From an uncultured Desulfobacterales bacterium (lineage in GTDB: Bacteria > Desulfobacterota > Desulfobacteria > Desulfobacterales > SpSt-501): a stretch of DNA of 64,000 bases. A program made the translations under genes and the position numbers. Location: contig CALIUY010000012.1 of the NCBI GenBank assembly GCA_938048455.1, positions 154,538-218,537 of the forward strand, written 5' to 3'. Shown here piece by piece: positions 9,420 to 18,470 of this stretch (its first letter is position 1; each line of letters begins with the position of its first letter). Below the pieces are notes generated by a model. It worked only from the letters and a program-made list of their open reading frames with translations, had not been told where the DNA came from and did no database searches.

Positions 9420-10226
9420 ATGCGGTCCTTTCCCCGGTGGTGGCGGGCGGAGCGGCGACGGTCGGCGCTGGAAGAGCCTCCCGGCGGCGGGGGCGAAGCC
9501 TACTTCGGCTTCGAGGCCGTCGCCGTCGAGGAGAAGACCGCGCGCATGATCCGGCATTTCGAGGCCGTCGCCCCCGTCTACGACCGAATGAACACCCTGT
9601 TGAGCTTCGGCATCCACCATGCCTGGAAACGACAGGCCGTGCGGCTGCTCGGATTGCGGCCCGGGATGCGGGTGCTCGATGTCTGCGGCGGTACAGGCGA
9701 TCTTTCGCTTTTGGCCGCACGCCGTGTGGGCCCGCGGGGTCGGGTGGTTCTCTACGATCTCAACCGCCGCATGATCTTGGCGGGCCTGCCTAAGCTGAAG
9801 CGCAGGGCGGAGGGTGCGTTCGTCCGGCCCGTGCAGGGAAACGCCGAGGAGATCGCCTGCCGCGACGGCGCCGTCGACGCCGCGATGGTCGGTTTCGGCA
9901 TCCGCAACGTGACCCGCATGCGGCGCGCCTTCGCCGAGATCCACCGCGTGCTCCGGCCGGGCGGTCGGCTGCTCTGCCTGGAATTTTCGCGCCCGACCTC
10001 GGCCGGGTTCCGCCTGCTCTACGATTTCTACTCCTTTCGCATCATGCCCGTGCTCGGCGAGTGGATCGCCGGGAACCGCCGGGCCTATACCCACCTGCCG
10101 GAATCGATCCGTACCTTTCCTCTTCCCGAGGAGCTGGCTGACCTGCTCCGGGCGGTCGGCTTCTGCGAGGTCCGCTGGCGAGCGTTCACCAACGGGATCG
10201 CCGTCGCGCACCTGGCCTGCAAATGA
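9420..10226 (+). CDS. ubiE: Demethylmenaquinone/ubiquinone C-methyltransferase (UbiE/MenG)
   Basis: ATG at 9420 in the frame of ORF 7452..10226. UbiE-like N-terminus (FGFEAV..EK...VAPVYDRMN, HHAWKR) and SAM motif LDVCGGTGD. Confidence 0.85.
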   Translation: MRSFPRWWRAERRRSALEEPPGGGGEAYFGFEAVAVEEKTARMIRHFEAVAPVYDRMNTLLSFGIHHAWKRQAVRLLGLRPGMRVLDVCGGTGDLSLLAARRVGPRGRVVLYDLNRRMILAGLPKLKRRAEGAFVRPVQGNAEEIACRDGAVDAAMVGFGIRNVTRMRRAFAEIHRVLRPGGRLLCLEFSRPTSAGFRLLYDFYSFRIMPVLGEWIAGNRRAYTHLPESIRTFPLPEELADLLRAVGFCEVRWRAFTNGIAVAHLACK

Positions 10227-10250
10227 GAGCGGAGGGCTTGCGGAGGGACC

Positions 10251-10940
10251 GTGAGGCTGAATCCCCTCGAGCGGTTCTTCGTCCTGAGCCCCTTTCGCCG
10301 GGCGATGCAGGCGGCCGTGCTGAGCTGGATGCGTCGCGTGGCCCCGGGATCTGCGGGCGGGCGGATGCTCGAGATCGGCTGCGGCGGCGGAGCCGGCGGC
10401 CGCGGCATCCTCCGGCGGTTTGCGCCGCGAAAGCTCGTTCTGAGCGATCTGGACCCGCGGATGGTTCGGTCTGCCGCGCGGGCGCTCGCCGCGGAGACTG
10501 CGGCGGTGCGGGTTTGCGCGGCCGATGCCGCGCGGCTTCCCTTTCGGGCGGAAGTCTTCGACGCCGTGGTCGGCTGCGGGGTGTTGCATCACATCCCCGA
10601 CTGGCGTGCGGCGCTTGCCGAGATCGCCCGGGTGCTGCGCCCGGGAGGGTTCTACCTGCTCGAGGAGTACTATCCGCGCCTTTACGCCAACGCGCTCGCC
10701 CGCCGGCTCGTCGTCCATCCGCCCCACGACCGCTTCCAAGGTTCCGATCTGCGGCAAGCCCTTCAGGGGGCGGGGCTGGTCTGCGAAAGGCGGATCGAGT
10801 TCTTCGGCTGCGGGGTGCTCGCGCTCTATCGTCGCCGGTTGCCGACCGATCAGTCTTTTTCCACCGGAAAGGTCATCGCCGCGCCGTTCCAGCCGATCAC
10901 GGTGACGAGCACGGCAAGCGAGAGGACGAGCAGGATGTAA
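10251..10940 (+). CDS. Class I SAM-dependent methyltransferase
   Basis: GTG start. Motif I MLEIGCGGG, then a Methyltransf_11-like core (VGCGVLHHIPD, LRPGG). The last ~30 codons overlap the convergent gene 10850..11566. Confidence 0.7.
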   Translation: MRLNPLERFFVLSPFRRAMQAAVLSWMRRVAPGSAGGRMLEIGCGGGAGGRGILRRFAPRKLVLSDLDPRMVRSAARALAAETAAVRVCAADAARLPFRAEVFDAVVGCGVLHHIPDWRAALAEIARVLRPGGFYLLEEYYPRLYANALARRLVVHPPHDRFQGSDLRQALQGAGLVCERRIEFFGCGVLALYRRRLPTDQSFSTGKVIAAPFQPITVTSTASERTSRM

Positions 10941-11566
10941 GCCAGGCCGAGTCCGCTCAGGGAATCGAGGATGCCCGGAACTCTCCAGCGCCAGACGAAA
11001 AGCACCACCGAAATCGCCCAGAGGAGGATCGTGAGCGGGATCTTGATGCGGACCGGGCGCAGCGGGCGGGCGAGGTAGTTCAACCACCAGGTGTAGAAAC
11101 CGGTGGCGATGCCCAGAGCGTTGAAGAACACCCCGGCCCCGAGGCAGTGAAACGCGGTCGTCTCGAAGGATTTCTCGTCCGTCAGAAGGTAGAGCAGGCT
11201 GAAGGCGGTCGCGGAGAACATGAAGACGATCGGGAAATGCACCGTCATGGGATGCGGGTGGCGACGCAGGAAAGGGAAGGTCTTGAGCAGAGCGGCGAGC
11301 GGGGCGGGCAGGCGTTCCTCGAGCGGGTCCGCCGCTTTTGCAAGCACGCCGACCTGCGGAAAACGCACCAGGGTCTCCGGGCCGTGGGGAGCGCCCCCGA
11401 TCTCCGTGCTGAGATCGGCGCCGGCCCGGTGCCGTTTCATGTGCAGACCGTTTTTCCAGAGGCGGCTTTCCGTAACGTCGTAGACCTTGCCTTCGTGGGC
11501 GACATAGACCGGTTTGCCGGCCTCGCCGTTGAACGCGGAAAGCTCTTCGGGCGTGAAAATTTTCAT
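10850..11566 (-). CDS. Cytochrome b5-like haem/steroid-binding domain fused to a DUF2231-type membrane domain
   Basis: The N-terminus FTPEELSAFNGEAGKPVYVAHEGKVYDVT matches the b5/PGRMC-type fold. It is followed by 4-5 TM helices. Confidence 0.7.
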   Translation of the reverse strand: MKIFTPEELSAFNGEAGKPVYVAHEGKVYDVTESRLWKNGLHMKRHRAGADLSTEIGGAPHGPETLVRFPQVGVLAKAADPLEERLPAPLAALLKTFPFLRRHPHPMTVHFPIVFMFSATAFSLLYLLTDEKSFETTAFHCLGAGVFFNALGIATGFYTWWLNYLARPLRPVRIKIPLTILLWAISVVLFVWRWRVPGILDSLSGLGLAYILLVLSLAVLVTVIGWNGAAMTFPVEKD

Positions 11567-11603
11567 GAGCGCTCTGTTCTCCGTTCGCGGGGGTCTTTCG
11601 GGG

Positions 11604-12563
11604 TTAGGGGATCCAGCGGTTCCACAGAATCGCCGCGGCCACCAAAGACAGCTGGAGCGGGGGATAGAGGCTTGCGCGGTTAAAAAGGGCCAGCGCCGTC
11701 CCGCGGTCCGGGCGGCGCTTCAGGCGCCCGGCGGGACGCCACCAGAGGTAGCACGAGCCGGCAAACGAAAGCAAGGCGAACCCCACCGGAAAAGGACGGC
11801 GGCCGAGCAAGAAAGCGGCTGCGGTCAAGACGGCCGCCGCGGCGAGGAGAAGGCGGGCGAGCCGAGCCGCCCCGCGGGCGCCGAGGGCGACCGGCAGGGT
11901 GCGCGCGCCCAGCCGCCGGTCCTCCTCCAGGTCGGCGATGTCGTTGGGGATGTTCTGGCCGCCGATCTCCCAGGCGAACACCGCCGCAAACAGGACGAGG
12001 AGAAAGACCTCCGAGGGCGCGGGATCCACGGCGAACACGGCGGCGACGGCCCCCGTGGTCTTGACCGCCCCGCTGACGAGCGCACGCAGGGGGGTCACCC
12101 GGAACAGCCGGCAATAGAGCGCCTCGAAAAGACAGCCGCCGAGGAAGATCGCCACACAAACCGGGTTGAGGAGGAAAGCCCCCCCGAGGGCGACGAGCGA
12201 CCAGAAAACGGTCCAGGCGACGCCCTGAGCCCAAGAGAGAAGGCCCTGGGCCAACGGATGGCGGACGATGCGTCCGTCGAGGTCGGCCTCGTCCCGAGCG
12301 AACCCTCCGGCATGCTTCATTTTTTCGCGGTCGAGGCGGAAGTCGACCAAGTCGTTCAGCGCGTAGACGGCCGTATATCCGGCGAAGGTGGTGACGAGCC
12401 CGATCGCGGCCACCGCCGCCGGAGGCGTTTCTCCCAGCCAAAGGAGTGCCGCAAACGGCGGCGTGCACATGTCGAGCAGGCCATGAGGGGTGCGCGACAG
12501 GGCCCAGAAGAGGTTCAGGCGGGATCGGCCGCGAAAAGCGGCCTGCGGGGAGGAAGGGTCCAT
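11604..12563 (-). CDS. UbiA-family aromatic prenyltransferase
   Basis: Start chosen at MDPSSPQ (12563). Asp-rich motif YALNDLVDFRLD and a second motif DIADLEEDRRLG. About 8 TM helices. Confidence 0.8.
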   Translation of the reverse strand: MDPSSPQAAFRGRSRLNLFWALSRTPHGLLDMCTPPFAALLWLGETPPAAVAAIGLVTTFAGYTAVYALNDLVDFRLDREKMKHAGGFARDEADLDGRIVRHPLAQGLLSWAQGVAWTVFWSLVALGGAFLLNPVCVAIFLGGCLFEALYCRLFRVTPLRALVSGAVKTTGAVAAVFAVDPAPSEVFLLVLFAAVFAWEIGGQNIPNDIADLEEDRRLGARTLPVALGARGAARLARLLLAAAAVLTAAAFLLGRRPFPVGFALLSFAGSCYLWWRPAGRLKRRPDRGTALALFNRASLYPPLQLSLVAAAILWNRWIP

Positions 12564-12677
12564 GGGGGGTATCGCGGGCCTGGAGGCTCGAAGCCGAGGT
12601 CCGAATGCGGCCCGGTCTATCACGGCCCGGCCGCGGGCGTCAACCCACGGCCGGCCTGAGGGAAAGGGAGGTTCGTC

Positions 12678-13361
12678 GTGCGGATCGATCTTGCCGCGGT
12701 GTTCCTTCTGGGGCTTCTGGCGACGCCGCATTGCCTGGGGATGTGCGGACCGCTGGTGATCGCGTTTCCGGCAGCGAGCGGGCGCCTGCTCGCCCACTTC
12801 GCCTACCACGCGGGACGCGTCCTCTGTTACATGACGGTCGGCGGAGCGCTCGGCGGAATCGGCGAGCTTTTCACCACCGGCGGGATCGATCCTCAGAGCG
12901 CCGTCTTTCGCGGAACCTCAGGGATCCTTTCCGCCGCGGCCGCCGCAGCGCTTTTTCTTTTGGGGTTGAACCGACTGGGGTGGATTCGGGAGCCGCGCTT
13001 TCTGACCGACGGGTTCTTGGTCCGGCTGTCCGGGATCGGCCGCCGGCTCAAGGAAACTCCCACCGCCGGAGGCTCGCTCATTGCCTTTTTTCTTCTCGGT
13101 GCCCTCTTCGGGCTCCTGCCTTGCGGCATGTCCTGGGCGGTCTTCGCCCTGGCACTGGGAACGGCCGATTTTTCCACCGGCCTGGCGGCGGCGTTCTGGT
13201 TCGGCTTGAGTACGGTCCCCGGCCTTCTTCTCCTGGGCACCGTCGCGTCGGCCTTTTTCCTGCGCTTTCGCCGGGCTTGCGAAACCGTGGCCGGCCTGCT
13301 CATGGTCTGGATGGGCTGCCGGATGACCTATCGCGCGATCCAGGCCGCGCTATCCCTGTGA
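12678..13361 (+). CDS. DsbD_2 / TauE-SafE-like membrane protein (HCxxMCGP motif)
   Basis: GTG start with GGGAG upstream. PHCLGMCGP motif in the first TM helix and about 6 TM helices. This family is commonly found with ccoS/ccoI. Confidence 0.7.
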   Translation: MRIDLAAVFLLGLLATPHCLGMCGPLVIAFPAASGRLLAHFAYHAGRVLCYMTVGGALGGIGELFTTGGIDPQSAVFRGTSGILSAAAAAALFLLGLNRLGWIREPRFLTDGFLVRLSGIGRRLKETPTAGGSLIAFFLLGALFGLLPCGMSWAVFALALGTADFSTGLAAAFWFGLSTVPGLLLLGTVASAFFLRFRRACETVAGLLMVWMGCRMTYRAIQAALSL

Positions 13362-13370
13362 GCCGCCGCG

Positions 13371-13580
13371 CTACCGTTTCCGGCGGCACTCGGTGTCCCA
13401 CTCCGGGCAGGCTTCCGCGGCCGGAGCGGAAAACCGGGCTAGGCACTCGCCGCATTCGAGATCGAAATTGGGCACATGGCCGTAGCGTTTCTCGAGCTCT
13501 TCGGCGGTCAGCACCGTCGCTGCGGTGCAGCCGCATTGCGGACAGGCGGTCTTGACCGTGTAACGCTTCTTGCGACTCAT
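13371..13580 (-). CDS. Small zinc-ribbon protein (CxxC...CxxC), uncharacterised
   Basis: 69 aa with CPQCGC and CGEC pairs. Its ATG overlaps the fumarase-like stop by 4 nt (13577-13580). Confidence 0.55.
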   Translation of the reverse strand: MSRKKRYTVKTACPQCGCTAATVLTAEELEKRYGHVPNFDLECGECLARFSAPAAEACPEWDTECRRKR

Positions 13581-15067
13581 GGGGGACCTCCCGGGGATGG
13601 TTCGGCTTGGGGAAGGAGGCGCTCGATCTCTTCCTCCGAAAGAAGGCGCTCCGCTCGCAGCACCTCGCGCACCGTGCGTCCCGTTTCCCAGGCCGTTCGG
13701 GCCACGGCCGCCGCGCGGTCGTAGCCCAGCCGCGGCACGAGGAACGTGGCCAGAGCGAGGCTGCGCTCGATCATCCGCGCGCAGGTTTCGCGGTCGGCTT
13801 CGATGCCCTCGACGCAGCGCTCGGCGAAGACGCCGGCGGCATCCGCGAGCAGCCCGATCGCGAGCAGAAGATTCCAGGCGAGCACCGGCATCATCGTGTT
13901 CAGCTCGAAGTTCCCGCCGCGCCCGGCCCAGGCGATCGCGGCATCGCAGCCGATGACCTGGGCGGCGACCTGGAGCACGGCCTCGGGGACGACGGGGTTC
14001 ACCTTGCCCGGCATGATCGAGGAGCCGGGCTGAAGGGCGGGAAGGCGGATTTCCCCCAGCCCGCCGCGCGGGCCCGAGGCCAGCCAGCGCACATCGTCGG
14101 CGATCTTGGAGAGACTCAAGGCGATCGTCCGCAGGACGCCGCCGGCCTCGACCGCGGCGTCGCGCGCGGCCTGGGCTTCAAAGGGGTTCGTCGCCCGCCG
14201 GAAAGGAATTCCGGTCTCGCGGGCGATGCGCTCGATCACCGCCGCGGCGAAAGCGGGGTGGGCGTTCACCCCGGTGCCGACGGCCGTCCCCCCGAGAGCG
14301 AGTTCGGACAAACGCGGTTCCAGGGACTTCAGCCGCTCGCGGCCGAGCTCGATCTGACGCGTGTAACCGGAGAACTCCTGCCCGAGGGTCATCGGCACGG
14401 CGTCCTGCAGGTGCGTGCGGCCGATCTTGCGCACGGAGGCGAAGGCGGCGCTCTTGCGGGCGAGGGCTTGCTCGAGCTTTTCGAGCGCGGGATCCAGACG
14501 GCCGCGGATCGCCTCCAGGGCGGCGATGTGGATCGCCGAGGGGATGACGTCGTTGCTCGACTGGCCGAGGTTCACGTGGTCGTTCGGGTGGACGGGGTGT
14601 TTCCCGCCGCGGCGGCCGGTCAGGATCTCGTTGGCCCGTGCGGCGATCACCTCGTTGGCGTTCATGTTGGTGGAGGTGCCCGAGCCGGTCTGAAAGACCC
14701 CCACCACGAATTGATCGTCGAAGCGCCCCGCGAGCACCTCGCCGGCGGCCTGAGCGATCGCCCGGGCGGCCTCGGGAGCGAGCAGCCCGAGATCCCCGTT
14801 CACCTCCGCCGCCGCGCGCTTGATGCGGGCGATCGCGCGCACGAGCGGGATCGGCACGGCAAGCTCCCCGATCGGGAGGTTCCGAACCGCGCGGGCGGTC
14901 TGGGCCCCCCAGTAGGCTTGCGCCGGGACCCGGACCGCGCCGAGGCTGTCGCGTTCCTCGCGCTCCGCGCCGGGGGCCGCAGTCAGGCTTCCTTCATCCG
15001 CTCGATGTTCGCCCGCAGCTGGGCGATCTCGATCCCCAGGCTCACGCACTGGCGGCCCATCAGGCAT
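13577..15067 (-). CDS. fumC: Class II fumarate hydratase / aspartase-family lyase (fumarase-like)
   Basis: Motifs GSSIMPGKVNP, GSGTSTNMNANEV and HPNDHVNLGQSSND (the SSND form is fumarase-like). The start is uncertain: ATG 15067 or GTG 15049. Similarity to the canonical N-terminus begins near ERDSLGAVRVP. Confidence 0.8.
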   Translation of the reverse strand: MPDGPPVREPGDRDRPAAGEHRADEGSLTAAPGAEREERDSLGAVRVPAQAYWGAQTARAVRNLPIGELAVPIPLVRAIARIKRAAAEVNGDLGLLAPEAARAIAQAAGEVLAGRFDDQFVVGVFQTGSGTSTNMNANEVIAARANEILTGRRGGKHPVHPNDHVNLGQSSNDVIPSAIHIAALEAIRGRLDPALEKLEQALARKSAAFASVRKIGRTHLQDAVPMTLGQEFSGYTRQIELGRERLKSLEPRLSELALGGTAVGTGVNAHPAFAAAVIERIARETGIPFRRATNPFEAQAARDAAVEAGGVLRTIALSLSKIADDVRWLASGPRGGLGEIRLPALQPGSSIMPGKVNPVVPEAVLQVAAQVIGCDAAIAWAGRGGNFELNTMMPVLAWNLLLAIGLLADAAGVFAERCVEGIEADRETCARMIERSLALATFLVPRLGYDRAAAVARTAWETGRTVREVLRAERLLSEEEIERLLPQAEPSPGGPP

Positions 15068-15240
15068 TGTTCGGCGTCCTTTTCTTCGAGGTAGGTCTTC
15101 AGCCGGTAGCTGCCGCGGCTCAGATGCACGACCCAGGACTTCTGCGCCTCGTCCCATTGCGCATCGACGTCGAGGCCGCAGGCGCCCACGTCGGGGTAGA
15201 GGGTGCGGATCTTCTCGCACAGTTCACGCTTGTCGATCAT
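14983..15240 (-). CDS. Hypothetical 85-aa protein with four Cys
   Basis: ATG at 15240. G/C-rich third codon positions like neighbouring genes and a balanced amino-acid composition (unlike the Arg-rich shadow ORFs). Lies between the RND pump and the fumarase-like gene. Confidence 0.5.
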   Translation of the reverse strand: MIDKRELCEKIRTLYPDVGACGLDVDAQWDEAQKSWVVHLSRGSYRLKTYLEEKDAEQCLMGRQCVSLGIEIAQLRANIERMKEA

Positions 15241-15326
15241 GGCCGGGCCTTTCGTTGGCGAATTGGGATGAACGCAACATAATCCCGCCCGGCGCAAAAG
15301 CAATCGCGGGGGGGAAGGAGGCGTGT

Positions 15327-18300
15327 TCAGCTTCGCGGGGCCGGTTTCTCCCGCAAGGCGCCGAGCAGGAGCGCGGGGATGACGAAGATCGTGAAAACGG
15401 TGGAAACCGCAAGTCCTCCCAGGACGACGCTTCCCAGCCCGCGGTAAAACTCCGAGCCCGGACCGGGGATGAGCACGAGCGGGATCATGGCGAAGAGGCT
15501 GGTGAGCGCCGACATGAAGATCGGCCGCAGCCGCGTGCGCGTGGACTCGAGGACGGCTTGCCGCGGGTCCATCCCGTAGAGGCGGAGGTTGTTCAGGGAC
15601 TGGTGGACGATCAGGATGGCGTTGTTGACGACCACGCCGATCAGGATGATGAAGCCCAGCATGGTGAGAATGTCGAGCGGCTGGGGGGCGACGAAGCGGT
15701 TGACGAGGGCGAGGCCGAAAAGCCCCCCGAACGTGGCGAGCGGCACGGTGAAAAGCACGATCAGGGGATAGAGGAAATGCTCGAAGAGGGCGGCCATGAG
15801 GAGGTAGCAAATTACGGCCGCGAGAAGAAAATCCCACTGCAGCGCTCGGCGGGCTTGGGTCAGCTTGTCGGCCGTGCCGCTCTGCTCGACCTCGACGCCG
15901 GCGAGCGCGCCGTTCGCCTTGAGCTCGGGGACGATGCGGGTGGCGATCGTTTCCATGGCCGCCTCAAGGGGAACGGCGGCGGGCGGGGTCACCTGCAGGG
16001 TGATCGTCCGCTGCCGTTCCCGATGTCGGATCTGGGTGACGCCCGTCGTGCGTTCCAGGGCGGCGAGCGAAGAAAGCGGGACCACGCGGCCGCCGGGGAC
16101 GGCGACGAGCGCCTCGTAGAGGGCCTCGGGGGTGGCGATATCGACGGCGGAGGCCTTGAGCACGAGATCGATCTTCTTTTGCCCCTCCTGCTTGAAGTCG
16201 CCGATGTCGCGGCCGTCCATGAGGACATCGACGAGCAAGCCGAAGTCGCGTGCGGTCATGCCCACCGCCCGCAGGCGGTCGCGGTCGGGGAGAAGGCGGA
16301 TTTCGGGGAAAAGCAGTTCCAGGGAAGGCACCGGCCGGATCTGCGAGCCGGGAATCGTCTGCTGGATCGCGGCGAACAGGCGCCCCGCGGCGGCGATCGA
16401 GCGCTCGAGATCCTCGCCGATCACGTCGACATCGATCGTGCGGCCGCGGCCGAGGCTGGTTTGGAAAACCCCGGCCTGCAGGCTCACCCCCAGCATGCCG
16501 GGGATGGAGGCGATGGTCCGGCGGAAGAGGGGAATCAGCTCCGCGGCGCGCTGCTCGTGCAGGCTGATCGCTCCGAAGAGCATGATCTGCTCGGAGCCCA
16601 CGTAGAACATGTTGCGGATGCCGGGCAGTCCTTGATGATCCCGGCCGATGTGGTCGCGGACGGAGGCGAAGATCTGCTCCCCGATCCCCTTGCGCTCGGC
16701 GAAGGAGAGGCCGGGGGGCGGGACGAGGAGGTTCAAAACGAGGTTGCGGTTGCCCTGCGGCAGATATTCCATCTTGGGGAAAAGAAGCACGGCGCCGACG
16801 AGCGCGAGCGCCGTGAAGCCCGTGACCGTCACCGCCCGCGAAAGCCAAGAGCGCGTGGCGAGGCGGATCAAGGCGAACAGCCCGGCCGAGCACCAGGCTC
16901 CGGCCCGGCCCACGGCCCGGGCGGTCGCCCGGAGCGCGGCCTCGTCACGGATCAGGCGGTAGAGCAGCCGCGAGAGCATGGGGATCACGAGGACCGACAC
17001 CAACAGGCTGAGTGAAATGGCGCAGGTGATCGCAATCGCGATGTCGCGGAAGAGCTGACCCGCCTCCTCCTCCAGGAAGACGACGGGGAGAAAAACGGCC
17101 AGCGTCGTCAACGTCGAGGCGAGCAGCGCCCCCCACACCTCGCGCACGCCGTCGTAGGACGCCTGAAAGGGGGATTTGCCCATCTTGCGGTGGCGGTCGA
17201 TGTTCTCCAGAGCGACGATCGCGTTGTCGACGAGCATCCCGGCGGCGAAGGCGATCCCGGCGAGGCTGACCGCGTTCAGGGACCGGCCGAAGAGGTTCAT
17301 GAACAGGAAGGTCCCGACGATGCTGATCGGGATGGCGATGGCGACGACCAGCGTCGAGGCGAGGCTGCGCAGGAAGACGAACAGCACGACCACGGCGAGC
17401 GCCGAGCCGAGAAGGATGTTCTGGCTCACCAAGGCGATCGCGCCGCGGATGTAGGGGCGCTGATCGTAGACCCAGTGCAGACGGACGCCTTCGGGGAGAA
17501 GCTTCTCTTCGTTCAGCTTCCGCACCACTTCTTCGAGCCGGTCGGTCAGCTCGAGGACGTTCGCTTCGGGTTCGGGCTTGACCCCCACGGCGATGCTCTC
17601 GGTGCCCAGATGCAGGGTCGCCGCCGTAGGGGTTTCGTAGCCGATCCGCACGCGGGCGACCTCGGAGAGCTTCACGCGCTGGCTGCCGTCGGAGACGAGC
17701 ACCAGTTCCTCCAGGTCCTCCAGACGCTGGAATTCGGCGACCGAGCGGATGCGGTAATCGCGGCGCCCCACCCCCAGGGTGCCCGCGGCGACATTGGTGT
17801 TCTCGGCGCGCAAAAGCTCGATCAACCCCGGGAGGGTCAGCCGGTGGGCGGCCAGGCGGTGCGGGTCGACCTCGACCTGGAGTTCCTTTTCGGTTCCCCC
17901 GCCCACGAAGAGATCGGCGACACCGGGAACCCGCTCGAGATGCTGGCGGATGTGGTTTTCGAAGAACGTGCGGTAGGTGTAGACCGAGGCGGGGTTTCCG
18001 GGCTCGGTCTTGAGGACCATCCAGACGATGGGCGAGGTGGCCGACCCGGTGGCGGTGATCACGGGCTTTTCGACCGTCTCGGGGTAGGAGCGCACTTCGT
18101 TCAACTTGTTCGAGACGCGCAGCAGCGCGTCGTTGACGTTGGTGCCGATCGCGAATTTAAGCGTGACCGTGCCCTGCGCGTTCGAGGAGGTGCTCTCCAT
18201 CTCGATCAGCCCGGGGATGCCCTTGAGCACCTTTTCCTGCTCCTCGATGATGTCGCGCTCGACCTCGTAGGGGGTCGCCCCGGGCCAGAGGGTCGTGACC

Positions 18301-18437
18301 GTGATCTCGGGCTCGATCACCGTGGGGCTGAGCTGGTAGGGCATGCGGAGCAGCCCGATCGTGCCGAAGAGGACGACGAGGATGATGCCGACGAAGACGC
18401 TGACCCGTTTTTCGATGCTGGCGCGCAGGAGATCCAT
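15327..18437 (-). CDS. RND efflux transporter permease (AcrB/HAE family)
   Basis: 1036 aa with 12-TM topology and two large periplasmic loops. Typical N-terminus: SIEKRVSVFVGIILVVLFG...LPGATPYEVE. Confidence 0.9.
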   Translation of the reverse strand: MDLLRASIEKRVSVFVGIILVVLFGTIGLLRMPYQLSPTVIEPEITVTTLWPGATPYEVERDIIEEQEKVLKGIPGLIEMESTSSNAQGTVTLKFAIGTNVNDALLRVSNKLNEVRSYPETVEKPVITATGSATSPIVWMVLKTEPGNPASVYTYRTFFENHIRQHLERVPGVADLFVGGGTEKELQVEVDPHRLAAHRLTLPGLIELLRAENTNVAAGTLGVGRRDYRIRSVAEFQRLEDLEELVLVSDGSQRVKLSEVARVRIGYETPTAATLHLGTESIAVGVKPEPEANVLELTDRLEEVVRKLNEEKLLPEGVRLHWVYDQRPYIRGAIALVSQNILLGSALAVVVLFVFLRSLASTLVVAIAIPISIVGTFLFMNLFGRSLNAVSLAGIAFAAGMLVDNAIVALENIDRHRKMGKSPFQASYDGVREVWGALLASTLTTLAVFLPVVFLEEEAGQLFRDIAIAITCAISLSLLVSVLVIPMLSRLLYRLIRDEAALRATARAVGRAGAWCSAGLFALIRLATRSWLSRAVTVTGFTALALVGAVLLFPKMEYLPQGNRNLVLNLLVPPPGLSFAERKGIGEQIFASVRDHIGRDHQGLPGIRNMFYVGSEQIMLFGAISLHEQRAAELIPLFRRTIASIPGMLGVSLQAGVFQTSLGRGRTIDVDVIGEDLERSIAAAGRLFAAIQQTIPGSQIRPVPSLELLFPEIRLLPDRDRLRAVGMTARDFGLLVDVLMDGRDIGDFKQEGQKKIDLVLKASAVDIATPEALYEALVAVPGGRVVPLSSLAALERTTGVTQIRHRERQRTITLQVTPPAAVPLEAAMETIATRIVPELKANGALAGVEVEQSGTADKLTQARRALQWDFLLAAVICYLLMAALFEHFLYPLIVLFTVPLATFGGLFGLALVNRFVAPQPLDILTMLGFIILIGVVVNNAILIVHQSLNNLRLYGMDPRQAVLESTRTRLRPIFMSALTSLFAMIPLVLIPGPGSEFYRGLGSVVLGGLAVSTVFTIFVIPALLLGALREKPAPRS

Positions 18438-18470
18438 GAGTCCGTTGGCGGGCGCTCCCGATCGCGGGGG

